64,000 bases of DNA, from the NCBI GenBank assembly GCA_964291675.2, contig OZ219865.1:224001-288000 (forward strand), read 5' to 3'. A program made the translations under genes and the position numbers. How positions within the stretch are numbered: position 1 is the stretch's first letter; the number at the start of each line of letters is the position of its first letter. The notes under the pieces are model-generated. The model searched no databases and had not been told where the DNA came from. It saw only the letters and a program-made list of their open reading frames with translations. Origin of the DNA: Alphaproteobacteria bacterium (GTDB lineage: Bacteria > Pseudomonadota > Alphaproteobacteria > MPNO01). Positions 1 to 9,509 of this stretch are shown here, in pieces.

Positions 1-1007
1 TCACCTGGGAGGGCAATCTCAAGGAGTACCTGCCGCCGATGCCCAGGTTCCTCAACCGGCTGCTGGCGCTCCCCATCGCCGAGCAGAACCAGCTCTTCGC
101 CGAGCTGGAAGAGCGCATCGCGTCCAACATCGAGCAGGCGATCGAGGCCGGCAGCTACGAGGTCGGCGTCGAGACCGTGACCGCCGACTCGCTCATCGTC
201 GCCGGCCGGGAGACGCTCTACGAGCATCCCGGCACAGGCGCGGCCACCGAGCTGGTCGAGATCGTCCGCAGGGACAAGCTGGTGCCGCTCATCGCCGACG
301 CCGCGCTGGAGATCGGCGAAGACGATCCGGGTCCGGACGGTAAGCCGCGCCTCGCGATCAACGCCCGCTCCAAGCGCGCCGCCGTCATCCTGCCGGCTTT
401 CTCGCGCATGATCGACAACGGCGAAGTGCAGGAGCGAGTCCGGCTTATGCGACCGGCGACCGGCGAGACCATGGCGCGGGCCGAGCTCGACGCCTCCAAC
501 TGGCGCCGCGCCGACGAGGCTCAGTGGCGGCGCGTCTGGGATGCCGAGATCGCCGGGTTGCCGTCGCACCGGGACTCGCGCTTCTGGCTCGCCACCGGCC
601 TCCTGCTGCCGGTCTGGGACCGTCTGCCCGCCGAGAACATGCGGGTTCGCAGGCTCACCTCGGACGACGGTATCGCCCTGATCGGGCGCGTGCTCGACGC
701 CGAGCAGGTGCGGGCCGTGCGCCAGAGCTTCGGCCTCGACGGCGGTCCCGCCATCTCCGGCGCGGAGGCCTTCGAGGCGGTCATGGGACGGGGCAACGCG
801 CTCGCGCTCGCCAACGGCTGGCGACTCGCGCGCAGGCGTCTCATGGGCGCCGACCGCATCGAGATCGAGGGGCCGGCCGATACCGACATGGACGCGCTGA
901 AGCGCATGGGCTGCACGGTGGAGATCGTCTCGTTCCGGGCGCGGATATTCGCGCCGAACGCGGACACCACACAGCGCATCCTCGAACGCTGGCCGCTCGC
1001 CGCCTGA
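1..1007 (+). CDS. C-terminal part of a strawberry-notch-like helicase/methylase protein (starts before the window)
   Basis: Frame is open from base 3. The LPPMPRFLNRLLALPIAEQNQLF and LATGLLLPVWDRLP segments resemble plasmid strawberry-notch C-termini. Confidence 0.75.
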   Translation, partial: TWEGNLKEYLPPMPRFLNRLLALPIAEQNQLFAELEERIASNIEQAIEAGSYEVGVETVTADSLIVAGRETLYEHPGTGAATELVEIVRRDKLVPLIADAALEIGEDDPGPDGKPRLAINARSKRAAVILPAFSRMIDNGEVQERVRLMRPATGETMARAELDASNWRRADEAQWRRVWDAEIAGLPSHRDSRFWLATGLLLPVWDRLPAENMRVRRLTSDDGIALIGRVLDAEQVRAVRQSFGLDGGPAISGAEAFEAVMGRGNALALANGWRLARRRLMGADRIEIEGPADTDMDALKRMGCTVEIVSFRARIFAPNADTTQRILERWPLAA

Positions 1008-1131
1008 GCGGCGTGCATGACGCGTGTGGGGACTATGTTATTCATCCCACCGGCGCCACATTTGCAAGTTTCCGGTTCTTCGGCGCGCGCTCCCGCAATT
1101 GTTCCGAAGCGCCCTATCCAGGGAGGAAGAA

Positions 1132-1758
1132 ATGAAAGAAAGCTGGCAGCCCGGCAAGACTGCCCCGAAAGACGGCTCCGTCATTCAGGCAAGATGGAAG
1201 GGCCATGAGCGCGACCCGGAAGAGATATTCTTCCACGCCGAGACCGGTGAGTGGATCGGCTGCCCGCCGCTTCCGCCGACTGCCGTAAATCCGCCGGACG
1301 AATGGCGTGCGATGGACGGGTCGAGTAGCGGACACCCTCCCTTCAACGGCGTCCGTTCAGTCGAGCACGTAGCCCCCACACGTACGCCCGGCCCGTCGCC
1401 GTCCGTTATTCCATCGTCGACGCGCCGGGGGTCCGTACCGCCGGCCCGCCGGCCGCCGGTCCAAATTCCACGGACAAGGAGAGCCGCCATGACCGCGCAG
1501 ACCCTGCCCGACGAGCCCAACTTCTGTTTCTGCCCCGCCTACGACGTCGAGACCGAGGTGCAGCAGATCAGAATCGTGATCGAGGGCCTCGCCGGGCATG
1601 TCCCGACCGCGCTCGTCACCCTCGACCTCGACGATGCGCTCAACATCTGCGACAAGCTGAACCGCCGGCTCGGGCTCGACCGCGAGGCCTGGCAAGCGAT
1701 GGTTGCCGCCTCGATGCGCGCCGAGGACGACGATCCGGAGAGCGATACCCGGCACTGA
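1132..1758 (+). CDS. hypothetical protein; possibly two small genes (ATG 1132 and ATG 1489) joined in frame
   Basis: GGAGGA precedes ATG 1132 and AGGAG precedes ATG 1489. The linker between them is Pro/Arg-rich and low complexity. Confidence 0.5.
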   Translation: MKESWQPGKTAPKDGSVIQARWKGHERDPEEIFFHAETGEWIGCPPLPPTAVNPPDEWRAMDGSSSGHPPFNGVRSVEHVAPTRTPGPSPSVIPSSTRRGSVPPARRPPVQIPRTRRAAMTAQTLPDEPNFCFCPAYDVETEVQQIRIVIEGLAGHVPTALVTLDLDDALNICDKLNRRLGLDREAWQAMVAASMRAEDDDPESDTRH

Positions 1759-1817
1759 CGTGCCGTCCGTCTTGCCCGGTTATGGCGAATCCCCTATAGT
1801 GCGGGGTCGACAGCGAC

Positions 1818-2174
1818 ATGTTGAAACCGGTCGAATGGGTCGGCTCCAGCAAGGCGGATCTGCAGCGCTTCCCGGACCCGGTGCAGAACCGCATGGGGTT
1901 TGCGGTCTACCGCGCCCAGCTCGGACGCCGGCACCGCGACGCCAAGCCGCTGAAGGGCTTCGGCTCTGGCGTCGTGGAGATCGTGGCGCGGCACGACGGC
2001 GACACCTTCCGGGCCGTCTACACGGTCCGGTTCGAGACCGCCGTCTACGTCCTGCACGCCTTCCAGAAGAAGGCGAGGCGGGGCATCGCGACCCCGAAGC
2101 GGGAGCTCGACCTGGTCCGCCGCCGCCTGCGCGCCGCCGAGCGGCACTACCGTGACACCCGCCGTGGAGACTGA
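1818..2174 (+). CDS. type II toxin, RelE/HigB (Gp49-like) family
   Basis: KPVEWVGSSKADL...AKPLKGFGSGVVEI...RAVYTVRF..AVYVLHAFQKK signature. Confidence 0.9.
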   Translation: MLKPVEWVGSSKADLQRFPDPVQNRMGFAVYRAQLGRRHRDAKPLKGFGSGVVEIVARHDGDTFRAVYTVRFETAVYVLHAFQKKARRGIATPKRELDLVRRRLRAAERHYRDTRRGD

Positions 2175-2178
2175 CGCC

Positions 2179-2517
2179 ATGGAACCCGACGACGACGCCG
2201 TGGAGCGCGGCAGCGGCAACGTCTTCGCCGATCTCGGCTTCCCCGACGCCGACGCCCATCTCGTCAAGGCCGAGCTGGTCGGCCGTATCGACGACATCGT
2301 GCGCGCTCGCGGCATCACCCAGACCGAGGCCGCGCGGCTGCTCGGCCTCTCACAGCCCGACGTGTCGCGGCTGCTGCGCGGCGACTTCCGCGAGTACTCG
2401 CTGGAGCGCCTGTTCCGTCTGCTCAACGCGCTGGGGCGCGATATCGACATCGTCGTCCGCCAGCCCCGTTCCGCCGACGGCGGACGGCTCCGCATCGCCG
2501 CCGCCGAGCCCGTCTGA
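2179..2517 (+). CDS. XRE/HTH antitoxin (HigA-like)
   Basis: GSGNVFADLG and ITQTEAARLLGLSQPDVSRLLRG HTH; lies directly after the toxin. Confidence 0.9.
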   Translation: MEPDDDAVERGSGNVFADLGFPDADAHLVKAELVGRIDDIVRARGITQTEAARLLGLSQPDVSRLLRGDFREYSLERLFRLLNALGRDIDIVVRQPRSADGGRLRIAAAEPV

Positions 2518-2656
2518 CGCCCCGGGTCCCGGCGGGGTATCTCCGGACCGGTTGCAAGAGCCCGCTCCCGGCTGCGCTGCCGTCCGGACGCCGTCCCGCC
2601 GGGCTCCCCATTCCGACCATCCGCCTGCTGCGCCGCCGGTCCGCCGTCTTCCGCGG

Positions 2657-3037
2657 TCAGCCGTGGCGTGCGAGCCACCACCAGGCGATCCAGACCGGCA
2701 GGCTGAGCGCCACCGCCCCGACCGCGATCGCGAGCGGTCCGAGCAGACCCGCGAACACCGCCACCGGGATGGTCACGGCGCCCAGCCCGACACAAGCCGC
2801 CCACGCCCCGCGCCGGTAGCCGAGGCGCCAAAGGCGGCGGCAGCCGAGGGCCAGCGGCAGACCGCAGGCCGCGACCGGCGCAAGCGATCCCAGCGCCGCG
2901 AGCAACTCCCCGGGCCCTCCGAACGCGGCATGGGCCGAGCCGAACCGCACCGCCGCCTGCGCCACCACCCCGGCCGGCAGCCAGAGCAGCGCCAGAAGCC
3001 AGAACCCGAGCCGCGCCATCCAATTCCGCCCGTCCAT
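2657..3037 (-). CDS. hypothetical membrane protein (about 4 TM)
   Basis: Several hydrophobic stretches starting at MDGRNWMARLGFWLLALLW; start codon uncertain. Confidence 0.55.
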   Translation of the reverse strand: MDGRNWMARLGFWLLALLWLPAGVVAQAAVRFGSAHAAFGGPGELLAALGSLAPVAACGLPLALGCRRLWRLGYRRGAWAACVGLGAVTIPVAVFAGLLGPLAIAVGAVALSLPVWIAWWWLARHG

Positions 3038-3174
3038 GCCGAACCGATGCCCCGGACGGCCGCGCGATGCAAGCCGGGTCCGGACCTTCCCTGCGCAGAG
3101 GTGGAGAGAAGCCGTGCGGGAGCGAGGCCGCTGCAGGAGAGAGAGCGGCGGAATCGCAACCGGGGAGATCGGCC

Positions 3175-3711
3175 ATGGCGACATTGCGATATGCGGGGAT
3201 CGGGGCGCGGGCGACGCCGGCCGGAGTGCTGTCCGACATGAGGGCGATCGCGGGATGGTTGGCGCGGACCGGCTGGCATCTGTCGAGCGGCGGGGCGGAC
3301 GGGGCCGATGCTGCGTTCGCGTCGGGGGCGCCGGCCGGGCATCAGTCGGTGTGGCTGCCGTGGCGGGGCTACAACGGGCATCGCGGGCCGGACTGCCGGG
3401 TGCTGTCGGCGGCGGCGATGGCGGCGTGCATCGAGATCGCGGCGTCCCTGCATCCGGCGTGGGAGCGGTGTTCGCCGGCCGTCCGGAAACTGCATGCCCG
3501 GAACGCGGCAGTGCTTCTCGGCGGGGCCCTGGATCCGCCGGTCGATGCGTGCGTGGCGTGGTCTCCGGGCGGGCGCATCGAGGGCGGCACCGGAATGGCC
3601 ATCCGCATCGCCGAGGATCGCGGCATCCCCGTGTTCAACCTGGGAGCGATGACGCCGCGGGCCGTTTGCGAGCGTCTGGCCGCGATCCGCCGCGCTGTTT
3701 CGGAATCGTAG
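3175..3711 (+). CDS. SLOG superfamily protein (phage-type DprA-like)
   Basis: YAGIGAR, LSSGGADGADAAF, LHARN and GGTGMA motifs; GGGGAG RBS. Confidence 0.8.
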   Translation: MATLRYAGIGARATPAGVLSDMRAIAGWLARTGWHLSSGGADGADAAFASGAPAGHQSVWLPWRGYNGHRGPDCRVLSAAAMAACIEIAASLHPAWERCSPAVRKLHARNAAVLLGGALDPPVDACVAWSPGGRIEGGTGMAIRIAEDRGIPVFNLGAMTPRAVCERLAAIRRAVSES

Positions 3712-3811
3712 AGCAGGAGGAGAGCGCCTGTCGGGCGAGTGTCCGGCAGGCCCGAGGGGGCGGTCCCCCGCGCCGACGCCGGACCGGGCAACGGCAGGAG
3801 GAGACCCCGCC

Positions 3812-4081
3812 ATGTTCAATCCCCACTTCCGCTTCGGCACCCCGACCGGCGGCGACCTTCTGACCGAGCTGGGCGTCCGTCCCGAGCTCGTCCGCGAGGT
3901 GACCGAGGACGAGCGCGCGATCCGCTGTCCCGACCGGGGCGCGGTCTATCCCGAACACCGCATGCCGAGCTTCTACCCGGACTCATTGCCGGTCCTCGGC
4001 CTGCACGAAGCCGGCCCGGCTGAGCCCTGGGGCCCGGCTCCGGCGCGTCGTCGGGCAGGCAGGAGGTCGAGGAGGGCTTGA
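3812..4081 (+). CDS. hypothetical protein
   Basis: AGGAGGAG RBS before the ATG; GC-rich third codon positions. Confidence 0.55.
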   Translation: MFNPHFRFGTPTGGDLLTELGVRPELVREVTEDERAIRCPDRGAVYPEHRMPSFYPDSLPVLGLHEAGPAEPWGPAPARRRAGRRSRRA

Positions 4082-4176
4082 AGAGGATGAACGGAAGGGG
4101 GCCGGGGAGAGGAATCGACCCGGCCGCCGGTCGTTCGCAACCCATCGTCATCAACCAGACCATGAAGGAGATCGTC

Positions 4177-4635
4177 ATGGCTTTCGGACTGAACCGCGTG
4201 GACCTCATCGGCCGCCTCGGCGATGACGTCATCGTCAACCAGCTCGCCAACGGCGGGCGCGTCGCCAACCTGTCGGTCGCGACCGACGAGAGCTACTTCG
4301 ACAAGAACACGGGCCAGAAGGTCGACAAGGCCGAATGGCACCGCGTCGTCACCTTCCAGGACGGGCTGATCGACGTGCTCCAGAAGCACGCGAAGAAGGG
4401 CCGGCAGGTTTACATCTCCGGCAAGCTCCAGACCCGCCGCTGGCGCAAGGACGGCGAGGAGACCGACCGCTTCGCCGTCGAGATCCTGATCGTCCCGGGC
4501 GGCCGCTTCCAGGTCCTCGACAAGCCGAAGGCCGCCGCGCCGGATACCGACGCCCAGGCGCCCGCGAACGGCGCGGACATGCCGGCCGGCGGCGCCCCGG
4601 CGCAGACCGGCGACATCGAGGATCCGCCGTTCTAG
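4177..4635 (+). CDS. ssb: single-stranded DNA-binding protein
   Basis: LNRVDLIGRLG, AEWHRVV and GKLQTRRW motifs; acidic tail DIEDPPF. Confidence 0.95.
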   Translation: MAFGLNRVDLIGRLGDDVIVNQLANGGRVANLSVATDESYFDKNTGQKVDKAEWHRVVTFQDGLIDVLQKHAKKGRQVYISGKLQTRRWRKDGEETDRFAVEILIVPGGRFQVLDKPKAAAPDTDAQAPANGADMPAGGAPAQTGDIEDPPF

Positions 4636-4670
4636 GCGGCGTCCCGCTCATCGTTCCTCCCTCCCGCCTC

Positions 4671-4705
4671 GGGGGCCGGCGCTCCGGCGTCGGTCCCCTT
4701 TTTTT
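4671..4705 (+). terminator. intrinsic terminator
   Basis: GC stem GGGGGCCGGCGC/GCGTCGGTCCCC followed by T7. Confidence 0.75.
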
Positions 4706-4787
4706 GTGCCCTTCCGGGACCCCCAACCGCCGCGGGAGGGGAGAAGAGCTTCGCGGAGGGCGAACACGCCAGGGAAGGAGAGACCCG

Positions 4788-5171
4788 ATGGGATGGAAAT
4801 GCACCGCTTGCGGCGACCGCGGTCCGGAGCACAACGCGATCTGGTGCCCCTCCTGCGGCCAGGCCACCCCCACCCCGACCGACGCTGACGGCTTCACCGC
4901 AGCGGACTGGCTGGGGCAGGGCGACGCGTACGGCGATGCCATGTACGAGCGCGCGCGCAAGCGCATCCGCTTTCGGAGCATCGACCCCGAGATCACGCTC
5001 GTCTTCCGCGGCGACGACGTCATCGGCCGGGTGTTCGACATCGACCGTCGCGGCGGCGTGGGGTTCGACCTCAAGTTCGACCACCACCCCACCGTCTACG
5101 GTCTCGACGACTGGGACCAGATCGAGCACATCGTCAAGAGCGTCACCGCCACCGATCCCCACTTCGCCTGA
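4788..5171 (+). CDS. hypothetical protein with N-terminal zinc ribbon
   Basis: WKCTACG...WCPSCG; AAGGAG RBS. Confidence 0.7.
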   Translation: MGWKCTACGDRGPEHNAIWCPSCGQATPTPTDADGFTAADWLGQGDAYGDAMYERARKRIRFRSIDPEITLVFRGDDVIGRVFDIDRRGGVGFDLKFDHHPTVYGLDDWDQIEHIVKSVTATDPHFA

Positions 5172-5180
5172 ACCCCTCCG

Positions 5181-5216
5181 GCCGGTCCCGCAGCCCGCGG
5201 GATCGGCTTTCCTTTT
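5181..5216 (+). terminator. intrinsic terminator
   Basis: GCCGGTCCCGC/GCGGGATCGGC stem followed by TTTCCTTTT. Confidence 0.6.
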
Positions 5217-5324
5217 GTCGGCTCTCCGGGTCCCCCATTGCCGGAGTGGAGGAGAGCTTCGTGGCGCGTGATTACCGCCGCGGCGAGGACGGTCAGCCGC
5301 GCCCCAACCCATCGGGAGAATGAC

Positions 5325-5540
5325 ATGAAGATCGCCGCACGCCGCCACGGACCGACCGGCCAGGACTGGGTCTCGATCGGCCTCAGCCCGCGCGAGGCCC
5401 GCGCCCTTGCCGACTGCCTCCGCGACTCGATGACCGCCCGGCCCGAGCCGGACGGGCTCGACCTGTTCGCCCACGACGCGCTCCACCGCCTCGAAACCGC
5501 GCTCGGCGACATCGAGACGCGTTCGCCCCAAGAGAGTTGA
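5325..5540 (+). CDS. hypothetical protein
   Basis: GGGAGA RBS; coding-like codon usage. Confidence 0.55.
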   Translation: MKIAARRHGPTGQDWVSIGLSPREARALADCLRDSMTARPEPDGLDLFAHDALHRLETALGDIETRSPQES

Positions 5541-5582
5541 GGACAGCTTCGCGAGGGCGAATATCGCCGCAGCGAGGATGCC

Positions 5583-5813
5583 ATGACCGAACGCTATACC
5601 GTGACGACCTTCGTCGGGCCGAGCTCGATACTCTGGACCGAGCGCTTCGAGACCGAGCCCGAATTCGACGACAAGCGCGCCGCCTGGGACGAAGCCAGGG
5701 CGCGGGTCGCCGAACACCCCGACGAGATCACCGTCGTCTACCTCGCCGACGGGGACGAGCGCTCCGCCGTCTGGACCAACCGCCCCGACATCGTCTTCCG
5801 CGGCGCCGCCTGA
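5583..5813 (+). CDS. hypothetical protein
   Basis: GAGGA RBS; acidic 76-aa ORF with coding-like codon usage. Confidence 0.65.
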   Translation: MTERYTVTTFVGPSSILWTERFETEPEFDDKRAAWDEARARVAEHPDEITVVYLADGDERSAVWTNRPDIVFRGAA

Positions 5814-5837
5814 TCCGCTCGGGGATCGCCACACCAT

Positions 5838-5876
5838 GGGCCGACCCCGGCATCGCCGGGGATCGGCCCTTTATTT
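5838..5876 (+). terminator. intrinsic terminator
   Basis: GGGCCGACCCCGGC/GCCGGGGATCGGCCC stem followed by TTTATTT. Confidence 0.65.
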
Positions 5877-5983
5877 GCGGACGGTCCGGAGTCCTTCTTC
5901 TCCGTCTCCGCTCAGCGGGTCTCCTCCGCCGGAGTTCGGGAGAAGCGCGGGAAGGGGTGTTCGCATTTGCGAGGAGAGAGAGC

Positions 5984-6553
5984 ATGACCCGCGACACCGA
6001 GAGCGTCTTCGCCCAGGGGGCCGTCATCGTCCCCGACTTCGTCACCCCGGCCGAGGAGGAGCGCATCCTGCTGCGCATCGCCCAGGCGCCCTGGATGACC
6101 GAGCTGCGCCGGCGCGTGCAGCACTACGGCTACCGCTACGACTACCGGGGCGCCAGCCGCCCGGCCCCCGCCGCGCCGTTCCCGCGGTGGGCTGACGCGA
6201 TGGCGGATCGCCTGCGGGAGCATTTCGGCGGGGCGCTGCCGGTGCAGTGCATCGTCAACGAGTACCGCCCCGGCCAGGGGATCGGCATGCACGCCGACCA
6301 TGCGGATTTCGGGCCCGTCGTGGCGTCCCTGTCGCTTGCCGCCGACTGGCCGATGCGCTTCCGCCCGCGCTCGGTCCGCCCCTACGCCCGCGACGGGCTG
6401 CCGGGCGACGAGGTCGCGGTGCTGCCCCGCCGCTCGGTCCTCGTCCTCACAGGCGCCGCCCGCTCGGCGTGGATGCACGGCATCGACCGCGCCGACACCG
6501 CCGGTGAGTCGGCCACGCGCCTCTCCGCCACCTTCCGCACTATCGCGCAGTAG
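5984..6553 (+). CDS. AlkB-family 2OG-Fe(II) dioxygenase
   Basis: RRVQHYGYRYDY, NEYRPGQGIGMHAD (HxD), WMHGI and RLSATFR motifs. Confidence 0.92.
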   Translation: MTRDTESVFAQGAVIVPDFVTPAEEERILLRIAQAPWMTELRRRVQHYGYRYDYRGASRPAPAAPFPRWADAMADRLREHFGGALPVQCIVNEYRPGQGIGMHADHADFGPVVASLSLAADWPMRFRPRSVRPYARDGLPGDEVAVLPRRSVLVLTGAARSAWMHGIDRADTAGESATRLSATFRTIAQ

Positions 6554-6686
6554 GCCCCCGCCGGCTGCGCGCCCGCGCTGCGCGCGGGGCGCTTTGCCGG
6601 CCCGCCGAGAGCGGAGGGGCGCTTGCCCATGGTCGAAGCGCGGCAGGGCCGAGGGAAGCCGCCGCCCACGAACGGAGGATGACGGC

Positions 6687-7238
6687 ATGCGTGTCTACAA
6701 CCGCGACGAGGCTTGCGGCTTTCGGTTTACCCGGGAGATCTGGGGCGAGTTCAGCAACTTCGCGCCGCTGGCGGCGCCGATCGCCGCCGGCCCGTGGACG
6801 TTCCGAACGTCCGAGGCCCTGTACCAGGCGGCGAAGTTCGCCGCCGCGCCGGACGTGCAGCAGCGGATCGCCGACGCGCCGACGGCGCGCGAGGCCGCCG
6901 CCATCGGGCGCGGCACGGCGTCGGGCATGAACCCGGACTGGAACGCGCAGCGCGTGAACGCGATGCGCTGGGTGCTGCGCATGAAGCGCGATGCGAACGC
7001 CGCTTGGATCGACGCCGCGCTGGCGCGCAGCGGCGAGCGCGCGATCGTGGAGGTCTCGACCCGCGACGCCTGGTGGGGCGCCCAGCCTGCCGGCGACACC
7101 TACCGCGGCCAGAACGTGCTGGGCCGGCTCTGGATGGAGCTGCGCCGGCAGCTCCGCGACGGCGATCCCGCTTCGCGGGCCGCCGCGTGGACCGGCCGGA
7201 TCGAGGTCGGCCGGCTTGCCGATCCGCCCCGCGCCTGA
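6687..7238 (+). CDS. NADAR (YbiA/DUF1768) family protein
   Basis: FSNF, TSEALYQAAKF, IVEVSTRDAWWG and GQNVLGRLWMELR motifs. Confidence 0.9.
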   Translation: MRVYNRDEACGFRFTREIWGEFSNFAPLAAPIAAGPWTFRTSEALYQAAKFAAAPDVQQRIADAPTAREAAAIGRGTASGMNPDWNAQRVNAMRWVLRMKRDANAAWIDAALARSGERAIVEVSTRDAWWGAQPAGDTYRGQNVLGRLWMELRRQLRDGDPASRAAAWTGRIEVGRLADPPRA

Positions 7239-7400
7239 CCGGCGCATGGCCGCCGGCCTCGGGCCTGCCGGCCCGGCCTCGCGCCCGCGCTTCGCTCGGG
7301 GCGCTCGCCCCGCTTGCCCCGGACCCGTTCCGGGGGCTCCGCCAGGAGGCGGAGGCCGGCCGGTATGGGGCGTCCCGCAGGTCCCCGAAGGAGGTCCCCC

Positions 7401-8429
7401 ATGCACCACGGTCCGTCTCCCGCCGCCGCCGTCGCCGCGGCGCTCGCCGCGCGCGCCGAGGAGGTGTGCCGGCGCTATCTGCCGAACGGCCGCCGGCTCG
7501 GCCGCTACTGGATCTGCGGCGACCTCGACGGCGCTCGCGGCCGCTCGCTCTTCGTCCGCCTCTCCGGATCCGGCAAGCCGGGGAAGTGGACCGACGCCGC
7601 GACCGGCGAGCACGGCGACCTGCTCGATCTCATCCAGTACCGCACCAACGCGCCGACGCTGCGCGCGGCGCTCGACGAGGCGCGCGCGTTCCTCGCCCTG
7701 GAGCCTGCCCCCCCGGATCGGGGTCCGGGGCAGGCGGACCGCGTTCCGGGGGTGTCGGACGCGCCCTACGACGCGACCGAGGCGGCGCGCCGCCTGTGGC
7801 GGCGCTGCCGCGCGGTCGACGGCAGCCACGCCGAGCGCTATCTGCGGGCGCGGGGTCTGTCGCGCTGCCGCTTCGCGGCGCTGCGCTTCCATTCCGCGCT
7901 TCGCTACCGCGAAGGCTCGTCGGTGCGCCGGTTCCCGGCGCTGGTCGCCGCCGTCACCGGCGACGACGGTGCGATTACCGGGGTGCAGCGCACCTGGCTC
8001 GATCCGGACCGGCCCGCCCAGGCGGACATCGCGAACTCGCGCAAGGCGCTCGGCCGCATCTACGGCCTCGCGGTGCGCTTCGGCGTCCCCTCCGACGACG
8101 CTGCGCTCGTCGTCGGGGAGGGCATCGAGACCGTGCTCTCGCTGGTCACCGCCGTGCCGGAGATCACGGCGGCCGCCGCGCTCTCGGCCGGGAGCCTCGG
8201 CGCGTTCGCGCCTCCGCCCGGCGTCGCGCGCCTGGTGATCGCCCGCGACAGCGACGAGGACGGCGCGCTCGCGGCCGAACGCCTCGCCCGGCGCTGCGCG
8301 CGGCTCGGCATTGCCACGACTGTCGTCGTGCCTGTCGGCGACGACTTCAACGACGATCTGGTCGCGCTCGGCTCGGCGGCGCTGCGCGCCCGCTTCGCGC
8401 CGCTGTTCCCTCCCGCCGCGTGCCCCTGA
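7401..8429 (+). CDS. Toprim-domain primase-like protein
   Basis: GKWTDAATGEHGDLLDLI, GVQRTWL, VGEGIET, ARDSD..G and DFND motifs. Confidence 0.88.
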   Translation: MHHGPSPAAAVAAALAARAEEVCRRYLPNGRRLGRYWICGDLDGARGRSLFVRLSGSGKPGKWTDAATGEHGDLLDLIQYRTNAPTLRAALDEARAFLALEPAPPDRGPGQADRVPGVSDAPYDATEAARRLWRRCRAVDGSHAERYLRARGLSRCRFAALRFHSALRYREGSSVRRFPALVAAVTGDDGAITGVQRTWLDPDRPAQADIANSRKALGRIYGLAVRFGVPSDDAALVVGEGIETVLSLVTAVPEITAAAALSAGSLGAFAPPPGVARLVIARDSDEDGALAAERLARRCARLGIATTVVVPVGDDFNDDLVALGSAALRARFAPLFPPAACP

Positions 8430-8497
8430 TCCCGTCCAGCGGGAGGAAGAGAAGAGCGAGGGGTCGGGCGAGCCGACCCGGAGAGAGGAGGGAGGAC

Positions 8498-8833
8498 ATG
8501 CGCGCAATCGTGAACCTGCGCAGCGAGCCCTGGCTGCGCGAGAAGTTCGAATATGCGCAGGTCGTGAACAACACCGTGCTGATCGACCGCCGCACCCGCT
8601 GGGGAAATCCGTTCCGAATCGGCGGGCACGGTTCGAGAGAAGAAGCGATCGCCCGCTACCGCGCCGACCTTTGGCGCCGCATCCGCGCGGGCGAGATCGC
8701 GCTGGAAGAGCTCGCTGAGCTGGACGGGTGCTGGCTCGCCTGCTGGTGCGAGCCTCTACCCTGTCATGGCGACGTGCTGGCCAGGGCGGCGGCTTGGGCG
8801 TCGGGCGTCCTGGCGGAACGGGCAGATGCGTGA
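8498..8833 (+). CDS. DUF4326 family protein
   Basis: IDRRTRWGNPF...LACWCEPLPCHGDVL signature; GGAGGA RBS. Confidence 0.88.
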   Translation: MRAIVNLRSEPWLREKFEYAQVVNNTVLIDRRTRWGNPFRIGGHGSREEAIARYRADLWRRIRAGEIALEELAELDGCWLACWCEPLPCHGDVLARAAAWASGVLAERADA

Positions 8834-9509
8834 CCCGGGTTCCGCGGTGCAGGTGGGTCGAGGGGTTTTGGGCGATGCCTTCGGCCCGGGCTATCCGCTG
8901 CAATCTCCACTCGCTGGCGCTCGCTCCGATTTCCGCTCCTATCCCTATCGCCTCCGGTCGCTGCGCTCCCTGCGCGCTCCGCTTGCCGCCGCCTGCGGCG
9001 GGCGCGGCCTTGCAGGCGGGTGCTCGACCGTTCGGCCTTCGGCACGCGCTGTCCGCTACGGGCCGGGAACCGTGTCCTCGCTCGCTGGCGCTCCCTGCGG
9101 GCCGCACCGCTTCCCGGCCCTCCGCTCCGGCGCTCTCACGGTCTCCGCTCCCGTCCTCGGCCGCGAAGCGGCTGGCGCCGCTTGGGGGGTGAGAAATACG
9201 CCACCCGACGTGATGTCCCATTGTGCCACGCGTGCTCCCTCCGCCAACCCGAAGGGTCCTCCGCTCCGCTCCGGCGCGAGGGGTTCCGCTAGGCAACGGA
9301 TCGGGGCGACCGTGGCTCAGGCCCAACCTCCGCTAAGGCCTTCGTCCCTCAGGCCTAAGCTCCGATAGGGCCTTGTGCCCGCACCACTCGCCCCGATCCG
9401 CCGCCAAGCTCCACCAGCCCCGCGTGGCTGCGGTCCGCGCGCGTGTCCCAACAGAACATCACATCGGGGATCGGCCTCGGACGTGAAACCGATCGCAAGG
9501 GAGATCGAC

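Noticed and set aside
6540-9326. 928-aa minus-strand ORF and many other long overlapping ORFs (e.g. 22808-26107 +, 52684-55866 -, 18271-20694 +)
   Set aside because: Arg/Pro/Ala-rich shadow frames of real genes in high-GC DNA, with no recognisable motifs.
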